A DNA stretch of 64,000 nucleotides, taken from NCBI RefSeq assembly GCF_009914755.1, contig NC_060937.1, one strand, 5' to 3'. The DNA is from the human T2T-CHM13v2.0 reference genome, Homo sapiens. This document shows positions 1 through 14,784 of this stretch, one piece after another; within the stretch, counting starts at the first letter, position 1; every line of letters begins with the position of its first letter. Under the pieces are notes generated by a model, which had not been told where the DNA came from, did not search any database, and saw only the letters and a list, made by a program, of their open reading frames with translations. The position numbers and the translations under genes were made by a program.

Positions 1-30
1 ATGTGCCCATCCTTGTGTCAAACCACAGGA

Positions 31-810
31 TTTTTTTTTTTTTTTTTTTTTTTCGGTTTTGCTACACTTTAATGGGTTTTTTTTTTAAGGGATTTTTTTT
101 CAGGTCTTGTCAGCAACATCAAACAAAAGGTACTGAGTACTCCACAGGGTACAGAGTGCTGCCAAGCACCTTAGAAAAATTACATGACACGGAGAAAATG
201 CGCCTCTTGCTCCTTGAAGACCTTACAGTCTAGGGATTTGACAACTCACAGTCTTAGGAACTGGGCAAAGTAAGGCAAATTCTTCATCCCCTAGAGCTAT
301 TGTGGACTGAATCATTTTAGAATTTGGAATTAATCCAATCAAGATGAGAGACAAGACTAAATTTGGCTGAGAATTCATTCAGGCTCGCATAGTTTTTATT
401 AACATCCGTCTAGTAAACAGAATGGACCTAACAGACAACTGAAAGTAAAGACTAGATCTCTTGAAGTGCAAGGGCTACAACAACTTAATTGTGGTTACTT
501 ATTTTAAAAAGCAAACATACTGAATGGTATGACTAGGGTGATTACACTAGTTTAAAAATAGGCCAGGTACTGACACTGCATTCCCCTCATGCATTGCTCA
601 TTTAAAATAGTGAATATTAAAATATGTGGGCTTTACATCTAACCCACAGAAAGCCCACCGCAAATGTTCTGTGTATCAAATATCCACCTCATGTGTACTA
701 TGAAAGTTTTATTTATGCCCCATTAAGTCAAAAGTAAATTATAGTAAGCTAATGACCTGCATATTTTCATATGGATGAATGTCAGTATATCTAAATAGGA
801 AATAAATGGC
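31..810 (-). pseudogene. Processed, 5'-truncated retrocopy of an mRNA 3'UTR (resembles the HNRNPA3 3'UTR from memory), inserted next to or into an old L1
   Basis: Pure 23-nt poly(A) (T31-53), with ATTAAA at 73-68, 14 nt upstream of it. About 760 nt of UTR-like unique sequence with retained CpGs follows, ending abruptly at L1 sequence at about 811. Parent identity is recollection only. Confidence 0.75.
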
Positions 811-1875
<1,065 letters not shown>

Positions 1876-2308
1876 TAGTTGCTTTTGAAAATGTTTATAT
1901 CCTTCACAATACTGTAAATGAAGGGCAAGGCCTGTGTTTTTCATTACCAGCCCTAATGTTTCACTACAGGACTAATGCCTACAAAGATTACAGATTCAAA
2001 GTAAATAAACATTTGTAAAGCAGTTGTGACTCAATTTAGCAGAAAACGCTATCTAAGCAAGACCATTTACCTCCTACATCATATTTATAGCACACGAGTC
2101 ATAAAAGTGTCATTTGTGTGACTGAACTCTGTACCGGTGCTTATTAAAAGGTACATCAGTTTTGCCTGCTTTTATTGCAGGTCTCATAAATACAAACACT
2201 AAAGCCAGATACATGTAGTAACCACCATAGCAGCAAATGACATGAAGAAATCAGAAGGTTTTCACACCCACTCTTTTCCTTTGTATCTGTATTATAAAGA
2301 AGTACGTC

Positions 2309-2935
<627 letters not shown>

Positions 2936-3356
2936 TCATACACACTGGGTAGTCCAGTATCTATTGGACGAGTGAATCAATGTGTACTTTTCTTAGTAAT
3001 ATTAACGATATTACTAGATAATAATAGCTGTCCTTGTCTGTGAGGAAATAAGCTAAGATTCCCTTTACCAAAGCCTTGCATTTCTGGCCTATCTTAGGTC
3101 AAATACACTGCCAGTGTGTATTTATTATCTTGACTCTCAGTGGTGTTGTGGGACTGCAGTAGAGGTGGAAGAATTCTAAGAAGACCTAGCTTCCCGTGGG
3201 GAAGACATATTGTATAACAAGGCATACTTCTAATAATGAAACCATCAAGGGCATGGAACTTTTCCCATTTTAAAACTGTCCTTAGGTTTACTTACAGACT
3301 AATCATTTGGTCCCTTCGGTTCTCATTTTTGGGCCTTTTCAAAGAGAAATGTAAAA

Positions 3357-3712
<356 letters not shown>

Positions 3713-3944
3713 CTAGTAAGCCATGGTCCACACAGTAGATGTAAATCTACAATGACACCCTGTCCTTTGTGGATCAGATTGGAGACATAAAGAGTCTTAA
3801 CTCCACGCCATACCAGTTATAGCATAATAATAATCTGGTGCAATTTTAATGCAATCTCATTAAAAATGAAAAATTCTTCTCAAAGAGTTACCAAAGTTAC
3901 AACTATGTGTCCTCACCACCACATCATTGAGTCATCCACCTATT

Positions 3945-4800
3945 GTATCATTTGTTCAAATATTTATCAAGCATCTACTACATGCAAGGCACAGCGCTTG
4001 ACACTGGGGTTATAAAACAAATCTATATAAATAGGATTTAGTTTCTATAATTTATAAAAATTACTCAATAGATTTTTACCAAATGTGAAGGGCAGGTTTT
4101 GGATGGTCTATTAGGCTATGTGTCATGAATGAAATTTGCTTCCTCAAAGACACACACGGTCATCCTCAGAGGAGCCAGAACTGATGTACTAGAGACTCAA
4201 GACTACCAACCAGAAGAGACGTGATATACATGGTAAGACACGGAGGACAGAGGAAGACCCAATGAATTCAAATACATGCCCAAGATGCAAGTCGCAGGGG
4301 CAGGCACTCTGACTTGCGAGCAACGGGTACTGATTCATTTAACAGTAGTCAGTGAGTCCCTGGGCGGTAGTGAGGTCAGGTGAAGAAAGAACAGTCAGGT
4401 GAAGGAACGCTCCCTGTCTCCTAGAGCCCAGAGTCTCGTGTGGGAGCTAGGTCCAGGAAGAGATGGTAAAAGATGGCGGGAGTGCACGAATAACGAAATG
4501 TGCAGGGAGGCGGGAAAGAGCAGCATCTGTCCGGCCACAAGGGAAGGTGAGGCATGGAAAGCTGAGGAGAGTGATGACTGGCTGGGTCTGAAAAGAGGAT
4601 CGGGTTAGTCAGGTGAAAGTGAAAGGTGGGGGTGGGAATACGAAGGAAAAGAGAGGAGACAGCCCAGGTTGCAGGAACAGCCCAAGCAAAGGCAAGAGGG
4701 TGAAGGCAGCACAGCACGGGAGGATTTACATGTAGTTTGAGGGCCTGGAATCTAAAATCGCAATCAGAGTGGTAAGAGATGAGGCTGTGGAGGTGGGAAG
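3945..4800. mobile_element. Degenerate L2 fragments
   Basis: L2 3'-end-like text (catttgttcaaatatttatcaagcatctactacatgcaaggcacag) and a purine-rich L2-like body. Confidence 0.5.
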
Positions 4801-5125
4801 GGATATCTTCACTGAACTGGCACACTCGGAGCTTCCTAAGTCAAACATAAATTAATAATCAACTGTAGATAATTTTATGAGACATAAAAACATATGTAGA
4901 CACACATCAACCACCATAACAGACAATAAGGTATTATATAAGGAAGATCTTATTACTTGGTATTAAAATGATAGTCTGTGTATCCAAGCAAGATATCTGT
5001 ATACAGCAGGCTTTCAGGTATATTTTAAGTAGCTCTAGATTTAGTCAGTTATTAAATATATGCCAAACAGAATTTATGGGTGGTCTCCTGAGTCAAATGT
5101 TTTTAACTGATAGACTAAGATTGGG

Positions 5126-5493
<368 letters not shown>

Positions 5494-6730
5494 TAAACTA
5501 TGATTCGAATACATGCTATTTTTACTCTTGTGTAGTCAAATTATAAATAAGTGAATAGTTTAATAACAACAAAACCTGAATTTAAGTAGCATATAAGTAT
5601 TGATATATGATATAATGTATGTACCACATGATACAGATAATTGAGTTCATTATGGGAGAACCTGTTATATTTGCTAAAAAAAAAAAAAAAAAAGATGGGC
5701 TTCAACAAGGGAGAGTCTCCAAAATGGCTGGGAAATAGGAAAGTTTGATAAAGTAGATAGAGCTTAGTAAGTAATTATGAAATAAGTCTCACAATTTGAT
5801 GGTTATCAAGAACTAGGAAATAACAAATCATTAAGTTTTATACTCTACTGAACATTATTTCGTCTTCTTTTCTGACTCAGAGGCCATTCAAATTCTATAG
5901 TTTATCAGTCCAAATATCACTTATTATTATAAATAAATGGTATTATACACTATAAAAAGCAGAGTTAGCACAGATTTTACCCAATAACAAACTAAAAATA
6001 GCTTTTATATTACAAAAGTAAGTCCACCTCTCACATAAGTAGAGTGTGGATTACTGAACATTAAATCCTAATTTAGTAAGCTATATTATTCAAGTTAATG
6101 CCAACTCTATACCTAATCCTTTACGGCTTCTGCATCAAGTAACAATTCTTTGAATAGAAATAACTGGTAATCAACCGGCAGTTCAGTTTGAGAGACCATA
6201 CACCAATACAAAATTATTCAGTCACAAAGACCAAGACACAATAACTAAACATTGGAGCATATATGAATAACATTTTCAGCAGAAATTCCAGTTATTAATT
6301 TACTTTAAATTCTCAGCAATCATTGCACCTGAAAACCAGAACAAATCCAGACAATGGTCAGATAGTGATAACCTTATAGGGCAGTCATATGGAGTGCCTG
6401 ATGGTTTTACCACTTTGCTTACAATTTAAATTCCAAGATATTTTTTCCTATATTGTTGACATATGCAAAGAACTGTTAAGTAAAAGCTGGTTGGGGGAAA
6501 ATATTTCATAATATATTTATATTTTTAATATTATAAAATATGTCATAATATTTAAGTCTAGGCTAATATTTTATGATATTAGCCTAGACTTAAAAGGAAC
6601 TCAGTGCAGCAAGTTCATAAGCCATCAAGGAAGCTTTTAAAAATGTAATTATCCAGGCCCATTTTAGTGTGCCACAGTGATGCAATTGAAGGCACTGAGC
6701 ATCTGTCTCTGGAAACAGCACACTAACATT

Positions 6731-6757
6731 GTGTGTGTGTGTGTGTGCGCGCACACA
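6731..6757. repeat. (TG)n/(CG)/(CA) microsatellite
   Basis: gtgtgtgtgtgtgtgtgcgcgcacaca. Confidence 0.9.
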
Positions 6758-6984
6758 TGTGCATGAAAATGCCTGCATGAGCCTATGTCTGTGCAGGGTT
6801 ATTTAAACATTTTTTCATTGAGATACCATTTGCTCTATTTTAGGATTAATTTAACTAACCTTACCTATGAAGCTAGATGCCATCGGTATTACCTACCATT
6901 TGGGAAAAACTGCAAATGTGTGACCTGGCTTAGGCAACAGTGTGCTATCACAGCATAATGCACATTTCTACTATATCATCATTT

Positions 6985-7165
6985 CCCAAGGTACAGTTGA
7001 GGACCACTTACATCAGAATAATCACCTTGGATGCTTAAAATACAGATTCCCGGGCCCCACACCCACCCAACAAAATCTGGGTTTGGGGGGTAAGGATGGG
7101 AATCTATATTTGTAGCAGGGATCCAACTAATTCCTAAGAACCTGAAAGCTTGAGGATTCTTGCAC
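6985..7165. mobile_element. MER5-type hAT-Charlie relic
   Basis: catcagaataatcacc…aaaatacagattcccgggccccacaccca…gggaatctatatt motif. Confidence 0.6.
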
Positions 7166-7909
7166 TGGATGAAAATCTCTGAGGCAGGGACTTCCACTTA
7201 CACATTCCTGAACTAGCACACGGCACATGGCCAGTCTATGGAATTCATCAACATATGTCAATCTAGAAATTTCCAAGTCATGAAGAACTCAGACAACTTC
7301 CAGTTCAGACTGGAGGGACTGTGGTTGAGGTGTTTCTCCTCAGAGGGCAGAAAGCAGCAGTAGGAGTGTAGTGTGCTATGGCAGGGATCACAGCTTACTC
7401 ACTCTCAGACCTCTGGCCCCCAGCTCAGTGCCAAGGAAGCCCAGTCCACATTTGCAAAATGAAGTAGGGCAGTATGTGCTGGCATCCGGCAAAGGCAGAA
7501 CAGCCACCCAAACTCCACTGGCCAAGTTCCCTACTCACTGCCACTACTGTTGTGGAGAATCGCTGTAACACTGAGGATGTGCCATGTGACTTTCACGGCT
7601 CCAGGACCACTGTCAGTCAAGGGTAAAGTGGACATGAGCTAGCTCTAAAGGTTTAACCACCACGCTTGGATGAGACGTAAACAGTAATCCCTGAATATGT
7701 TCTGTTGATGTCTCTATCTCCTGGGATAGTCTATGGATATAAACACTTAATGCTTCTTACTGGCAACTATTCCTGAATAGAAACAATTTTGACGAATAGA
7801 AGCCAGAGACTGGCCTAGTTAAGTTCATATAATGTTTATTACATTCAGCAGCAATTCTGCAATGGCAAGACCTGCTGTTCTGTAAAACAACAGTTTTGTG
7901 TGCTAGATA

Positions 7910-9008
7910 CAGTCAGTTCTCGTCATCTGAGGTAGTTATGTTCTATAAAGTCACTGTGAATTAGTGAATACTTGTCCGCTTCCTAGGGAAAATGCAAGGT
8001 TCAGTTCCTGGGAGCCTCTGGTTACAACATTTTCATTAACCAATCAATACCTACACTTGTTTTATGTGTTTTGTTTAAAGACATCTAACTAAATATATAT
8101 TGTTGATTCATTAACATTAAATATATAGCCAACAGCACTAGAACTCACACTTGAACAAAGCTTATGTAACTTACACATGGCAGTGTTCTTGCACTTAGGA
8201 ACCCCAGAAAGCCATTCTAAACAGCAAACCGCCAACAAAATCCACACAAATGTGAAAAACATGGCATAAAGTAGACCACCAAAAGGGGGCCTGTTCATGG
8301 TGTTACAGGAAAGGGGTCCCAATCCAGATCCCAAGAGAGGGTTCTTGGACCTAGTGTAAGAAAGAATTCAGGGCAAGTCCACAGTGCAAAGTAAAAGCAA
8401 GTTTATTAAGAAAGTAAAAAGTGGTCAAAGTACAGCTACTCCATAGACAGAGGAGGCTGTTCCTGAAAGTAAGAGGAGGAACACATCCATCCCAGGTACA
8501 TTACTCGTATATATGGGGAGATGTGCTCTGCTATGAGGATCTGTGATAAAGGATTAATTTTCTTAATTACTGTATTTTGCAAAAATCGATATTATTAGCT
8601 TTAAAGAAAAATCAGGAACGCCTTTCTTCTCCAGATATTGAGATATCTAGACACTCTCAAGTCTGGGACTGTCTAGTAAACATTATTAATTTGATCCCTT
8701 AACCATAAACATCTAGAGGCTCAGAATGCCTGACCTTCTGGGAAGGCAGCCCAGCAAGTCCCAGCCTCATTTTCCTAGCCCTCACTCAAGATGGAGTCAG
8801 TCTGGTTTGAACACCTCTGACAATGGGATGAGAGCTGCAACAAGAAGCAGAGTGTTGCCTGGTTCGGCCTCAGCTGGAAACATAGTTGAGTGGTAAAATC
8901 TTTTGATGCTCTGTACATATCCCTGAATGACCACAAAAGTACCAAGGAGTATTGATTTGGAGGCTACAAAGAAATTTCAGCAGATAGGTGGATAATGAGG
9001 ATCACCTG
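7910..9008. mobile_element. MER82-like Tc1/mariner (Tigger) DNA transposon, split by an LTR
   Basis: TA|cagtcagttctcgtcatc…gataatgaggatcacctg|TA termini; internal sequence matches MER82 as I recall it. Confidence 0.8.
8301..8822 (-). mobile_element. MER41-family (MER41C-like) ERV1 solo LTR
   Basis: TG…CA termini; 4-bp TSD ATGG (8297-8300, 8823-8826). The minus strand starts TGTCAGAGGTGTTCAAACCAGACTGACTCCATCTTGAGTGAGGGCTAGG. Confidence 0.88.
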
Positions 9009-9014
9009 TACTTT

Positions 9015-9450
9015 CTACTTTTCCCTCTGGAGCTCCTCTGGGCCCTGTTCTCCTGGGCTCTGCTCTGAGAAGCAGACACTGCAGGACTCGTGCATGGTGA
9101 CTTCCTGTCTGGTTGCTGTTGAGTTTGGCCAAGGATAGGCCCCAGTAGGAGGCTGGGGGGCAGGAGGAGACTGAGGTGGGCAGTTACTCCTTTCCTCCCT
9201 GCGTGGGTGCCCTCAGGAGTCCTTTACTAAAAAGCTCACAGGTCCTGCCAGGTGGTCCTTCTATGTAATTTCTCCCTTTCTCCCTAAGGTTAAGGGGTGA
9301 CGCCCAGCTGCTGCTAACCTCGGGGCACTGCAACATCCCTTGTTGGCTTCCCTAAACCCTCTCTGAACTTTTAAAAACAGTTCCTTTCTTAGACTTTCTT
9401 CAATCTCCCAACTATGCTACCTGCATCCTTCCAGGACCTTGGTACTGCAT
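9015..9450. mobile_element. Old ERVL LTR (LTR33-like)
   Basis: gagtttggccaaggataggccccagtaggaggctggggggcaggaggagactgaggt motif. Confidence 0.5.
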
Positions 9451-10811
9451 TCGTTAACAAGGGAGGGATCTCAGAACTACATGGGCCATGGGGAATTTTG
9501 ACACCACAGGAAACTCTGAATTCTTCAATCTACACAGGCTCAGTCTTGCAAAACAAAATTGTGAATAGGAATTGGAGGTTTCTCTTTATTAATCAAAAGC
9601 AGCTGGAAAGGAGTCTGCTCTTCGGCTCAGAATCAAGGAAGGTGGAATTGGTGCCAATAAAAACTCATCTGAGACCTGCTGCTAAGAGAATTGAGTATTT
9701 TTAGGTAGCGTCCCTTAAAGTCACTTTAGAGAACATCTCAGGCATTTAATTATATCTAATAATGTAGATGAAAAGGGCAATGATTTTTATTCAACTGTGT
9801 TATACACTTATCTCCCACCAGATTTTCCCCAAAGTCCTTCCTCTCTGGCAGAGATTTTCATCTCTCTTTTTCTTGCAACATCCTGGCAGCCAATGCAAAA
9901 ACGTGCCTGGTAATTTCTGCTTTCCTGTCTTTTAGAACATGTTAGTCTTTCTGCTTCCCGTTAGTTTCAATCTGGATGTGCAAGGCTTGCTCAGGACTTT
10001 ATAACCCTGCTGTGTCACATCCTAATCACCACAGATTGTCATGTACTATGGACCTTGTTAAAGATTTACTAACTTTATGCTTCAAGGACAAGGTGACGAA
10101 TCCGTCTTCTGAAAATAGCTGATAAAGGGGTCCTTGTCACAGGCTTAGTTATTACTTAGAGGGGACTCCATTCACAATTTCCCCAAGGCTGTCTGCACTT
10201 GATTTCACAGGCTAATTCATTAGGCTCTAACATAATAACTATCTCAGCCTGTTACTCAATCAGATGAGCAAATGCAAGCTTCATTTTATCAGCTCTGCAG
10301 GATAGGTCACTAAAAATAGTCTACTTTCCAATCTTTAATTGTTCCTGGCATCGTTGCTTTCCTTATCTAATTCCAAACAAAATGGTACACTCCAGAGGTC
10401 TGACTCGGCAGAGGTGCCAGGGTGGTTTCTGCAAGGAGACAATGCAGTCATGCCTCTTCTCAGAGAAAAACTCAGTTGAAATTCGCCTGAAGTGAGGAGT
10501 TCAAAGCCAAGAGTATGTGGGCCTTGATCCTTCAGTGGCAGGTTTCATATTTGAGAGTAAAAAGTAAAACAAACAAACAAACAAACAAACAAAAAAGACC
10601 ATCCACCCAGGCCTTTCAAGGTGGAGAAACAGCAGAACTGTTAAAACCACGTAATAACCAATCTATTTCTTTTTTTGTAGGATACCTAGAAAACTTTATT
10701 GGGGTTTAAATTATCTTAATATTTAAACATGAAGTACACTCAATATGTTATCCTTTTAATTCATGCTTAGTTTTTAATTTTGAGGGCCATTTGAGACTAG
10801 ACAATTTACAA

Positions 10812-11256
10812 CAGTGGTTCTTAAACTTTTTGAGCTCAAGACCCCTTCGTAGATTTTAAGAATTATTGAGGACCTCAAAGTTTATGTGACTGTTCTCTCT
10901 CAATATTTACAATACTAGATATGAAAACTGAAACAAAATTAAGATTTACTTATTAATTTAATGAAAACAATAAGCCTATTACATATTTTAAAAATAGCAT
11001 TTGTAAATAAAAAAGGATATTTTTTCCAAAAAAAAAAAGAGTGAAGAGTAGTAGTATTTTCCATTTTTACAACTCTCTTTACTGTCTGATTTTGCAAGAT
11101 AAGCCCAAATGTGCATCCATTCTGCACACAGCCTGTTTGACAGGCTGTTTGGGTCATTGCGTACAAAGAAAACCCAGCCTCATAGACATTCAGTAGCAAG
11201 AGTACCGCCTCAAAGACTCACTGAAAGGTTCCAGGACCATGTTTAGAGAACCACTG
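10812..11256. mobile_element. Charlie1-type hAT non-autonomous element
   Basis: Terminal inverted repeats CAGTGGTTCT…AGAACCACTG; Charlie1-like subterminal sequence. Confidence 0.75.
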
Positions 11257-12295
11257 ACTTATGGCCTAGCTCATGTCATGAGGATGTGTGTTCAAGGGCC
11301 TGCCTCCCTGGCATGAGAATGGTTAAAAGCCCCAGTATCAACCGTATGCCACACCGCTGTGGCCCTGGAAATCAGGATGAAGCAGGTGCAGCAGAGGCGG
11401 AAGAGACTGACTCCTTTCTTGGCTTGCTCTTTCACTCCATGGGAGAAATTGGACAACTTCAATTTCCTTAAAACATGGGCAGGATTAAAAAGCTTTCCCT
11501 CAGCTGTTTCATTCTGCCCTGGGCTGAAGGGAGGCAGGTACACACAAAGAACCCTTCAGGCAGATAGGCATGGAAAAGGAAACAGAGTGAATGAGTGAAT
11601 GCCAGCAGAAAACTGGCATTTATTCAAATATCTAGTTTTATGTCAAAACTCGCCAGTTACAGATAAGTGGCTGCAAGGCTAACCTGTTTTAGCAAGAAAC
11701 TGGAATTTGCAGACATTGCTACGGTGATCTAATGTCAAACTTGCTGGTCTCTGTAGGGGGTGCGACAGGGTGGTCCTGTTTCCTAAGGGCCCATAGGACC
11801 TGCGCCACAGCACACAAGCGGAGGCAGGGACCAAGGCCCTAGACAGGGGTTGCTATGACCAGGACCCGAGTCTGGCCTCTCATGCCTTTGAGTTTGCCCT
11901 GGGGATATGACTGGTGCTGGAGACATTAATTTAAAAGTCAGATTAAAACTAAGAAAACTCATGAGCCAGAGAAATTAACTGCTATAAAGAATGAGAAACT
12001 TTATGACCAATATATTGGAACTTTTACCGGATGTGCTCAAGCACTGAGCCTCACTTCATTACAATCTAGCCCCTCATGATCTCTTTCCAAAGAAAGGAGA
12101 CACTCCTAGAAGGGGAGAACGGCAGAAGCTTTTGCTGCTCTGCATCAGTTGTCTGGAGAATCATCTCAGTTAGAGCTATGTGTATAAGTAGCAGCTACAG
12201 GGAGGAAAAAGCCCTGGTCTGATGCACTAGCAATGCAAACAGCAGGCTCCCAGATACCCCAGTACCTGAAAGCCCACATGAGTTCAAGCACGCAC

Positions 12296-12402
12296 CTCGT
12301 TGAAATGGACATCCTGCATCCCCACGTCTTCCATCATGGAGGCCTCCTCGTCGATGTTTGGGGTAATGACCCTGAAGGCGGTGCATCCTTGTCTAAACAC
12401 GC
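12296..12402 (-). CDS. DOCK9: DOCK9 exon (G)[38 protein letters not shown]-2 region
   Basis: cttcctag|GC…GAG|gtgcgt; 107 nt; phase 1 to 0. Confidence 0.97.
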
Positions 12403-13769
12403 CTAGGAAGAGAGGAAGGAGGGACAGTCAGAGTTAGGAACCTGAACGTGGGTGAACCCTGAGGGTTTTTCCTGCCCTGTGTGTTTCTGTGTTGAATGAA
12501 ATAACGGATTTTGAAATCTCTTAGGCACCAGGCCAGCATTCACGGGGGTACCTGGGGCTACTGTGTGCTTTTCTTCCCTATAGTGAACCCTAACCTCTTT
12601 CACTTTCTTTTCCTTATCCCTTTTTATCTACCTTTATTAAAATGTATGCAATCTCTAAATATTAAACTATAAACTGAGAAATAGGTATTAAATCAAAGTA
12701 ATAGTAAAATAACAATAAGTGAAAATTTGTCTTGGTAGGATGACTCGTGCTGAGATACTAAGAAAAACAAAGGCAAAGCCAATATAAGAGAAATGTATGA
12801 TTCAAAAAGAACTGTTTCCTTCAAGCTGTCACCTCACCCACTCTGGCCAGGGAAGAACACATCTCTCAGATGAGAGCTTCCCCACACAACCCAGGTGTAG
12901 CTTCGTGGCCATAATGGTGAGCAGACAGGCTGCCTTAGCTGGTTCCCACCCCAGAGGCCCCGGGGTGGGTGGCTGGCTGCATCAACAGAGGGCATGGATG
13001 CCTGGGCACTCTGATTCTCCAAGAGGAAATGGTGTTAGCTTAGAGGCAGGATCAATGTCTGGGATAAGGATGTGTTTCTTAAGCAATGACAGCCCATTTG
13101 GGACCTTTCCTCGTCTTAGAGTCACTGGAAAACAGCTTTAAGTCAGTTGGACCACGTCAGCTATGCAAAATGATCAAGTGAAGAAGGGCATGAGATGTTC
13201 CACTACTCTATTTTGAGATAACTGTTCACAATAAAATAAAACAGAAGTAAAAACTTGAATTGAGACTTCTACATTTAGGGAGAAAGAGGAACACAGGGTA
13301 TTCTGAAATCAAGCCTTGAAAACGGAGATCCTGAAGTCAGAGATTTTTCTGCTGCACATGATCCCAGGTTTCTACACTATTCATGGATTATCCAGCATCT
13401 GCCACTATCCCAGTTTAGTTTTTATTTTGTTATATGGAAACAAGAGTCTCCCATGAAAAGCATTAATCTAGGAACTTGAGGATACATTAACATACAAACT
13501 GTAAAATTAAAAAAACCAACCACCCATGCTCTAGGCTATATAGTACATTTCACCACATAACTCGGAGCCAATGGAATAACAAAAATGGTGGCCAAGGTGC
13601 TTTCCTCTTGTGCCCACAGGAATAGACCAGCCAACCAGAGAGCCACAGAGTAGGAGGGAAGGAGAGTGAAGTCTGTCCATGCAAAGTTAAAAGGGCAAAT
13701 CCCCCACCACGGGAGGGCACGTGACCAGGGCAGGGGGTCCCCGGGGGCTGGGCTGATCCTCAGGCTCAC

Positions 13770-13838
13770 CTCCCCGGCTCCTCCTCAGGCAGGCGCTATG
13801 GCTGTGGGGGAGAAGGGGCGGCTCCCACTGGACTGCTT
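13770..13838 (-). CDS. DOCK9: DOCK9 alternative cassette exon (E)AVQWEPPLLPHSHSACLRRSRG(G)
   Basis: catgtttag|AA…GGAG|gtgagc; 69 nt; symmetric phase 1-1; no stop. Confidence 0.88.
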
Positions 13839-14726
13839 CTAAACATGAGGAAATGCATCACCTGATAAAAGGTCTCAACAGGAAATAGTACCGGTATTAA
13901 ATGAACATGGAGCCCTTTCAAAATTTTTCTCTTTGGGGCTCTGCTGTTTCATTCCAAATAGCCAGCTGCACCAGAAATATACAGTCTGTGGCCTCGGCAT
14001 CTTTGGTTTCACACTATTTCTCACTTCGTACATCTATTCCTCATTAGCCCAGATCTGGTGCTGCTGTTTTCTCCCATGTAACTCACGCAGACTACCAGCT
14101 TTTCTAAGAACCTCAGTATTCTAAAAATAAATGTCACCATTTGGGGCTGTGCTGATTTTGAAGTGGAAATGAGCACCTGCTGTTTAACCAAAGGGAAACT
14201 GTGAAAGAATTCATGGCCTGCTCATCTGGGCACAAACGGAGAGTGCACAAATGAAGCGTCACTCCTCGCCCCCTCTCCTTCCTCTGGGAGATAAGGTTTC
14301 CATCAGAAAGGCTGCCTTCTTAGACAATAAAGCCAGCTGGGCTGCGTTGCAGAAATGCTGTCTGATAATCTCCCGTTACAACTTTTTGATTGCCTAAACA
14401 TTCTAGTGGGAACTATCTTAAGGGAAAAATAGTATCTTCTTAGCTCTAGATTTGGCCAGATGCAAAACTCATTAGCTAGTTTTTGCAGAGTGAAGCTATC
14501 AGAGGAGGTTACATGACAACATGCCATCTACTTTTCTGTCTAGTCCTGGCATTTCTGCTGTGCCCACCAATTCAAGCAAACATCACGCCAGGGGATAAAA
14601 CAACGAATACACTTCACAAACACACAAATCCCCACCTTCCAATCTTCCTGAATGGCTCTCACTTGTCTGCTGCTTTGTGTGGTTTTATACTAATTAATTT
14701 CACAAAACATGAGAATAATTCCTTAC

Positions 14727-14784
14727 CTTTCCGTGTGAGATATTCTGCCACTAGGGCTGTTACGTGGACATAGCACATTGCTGC
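14727..14784 (-). CDS. DOCK9: DOCK9 exon AAMCYVHVTALVAEYLTRK
   Basis: tattatag|GCA…AAAG|gtaagg; 58 nt; phase 0 to 1. Confidence 0.97.
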
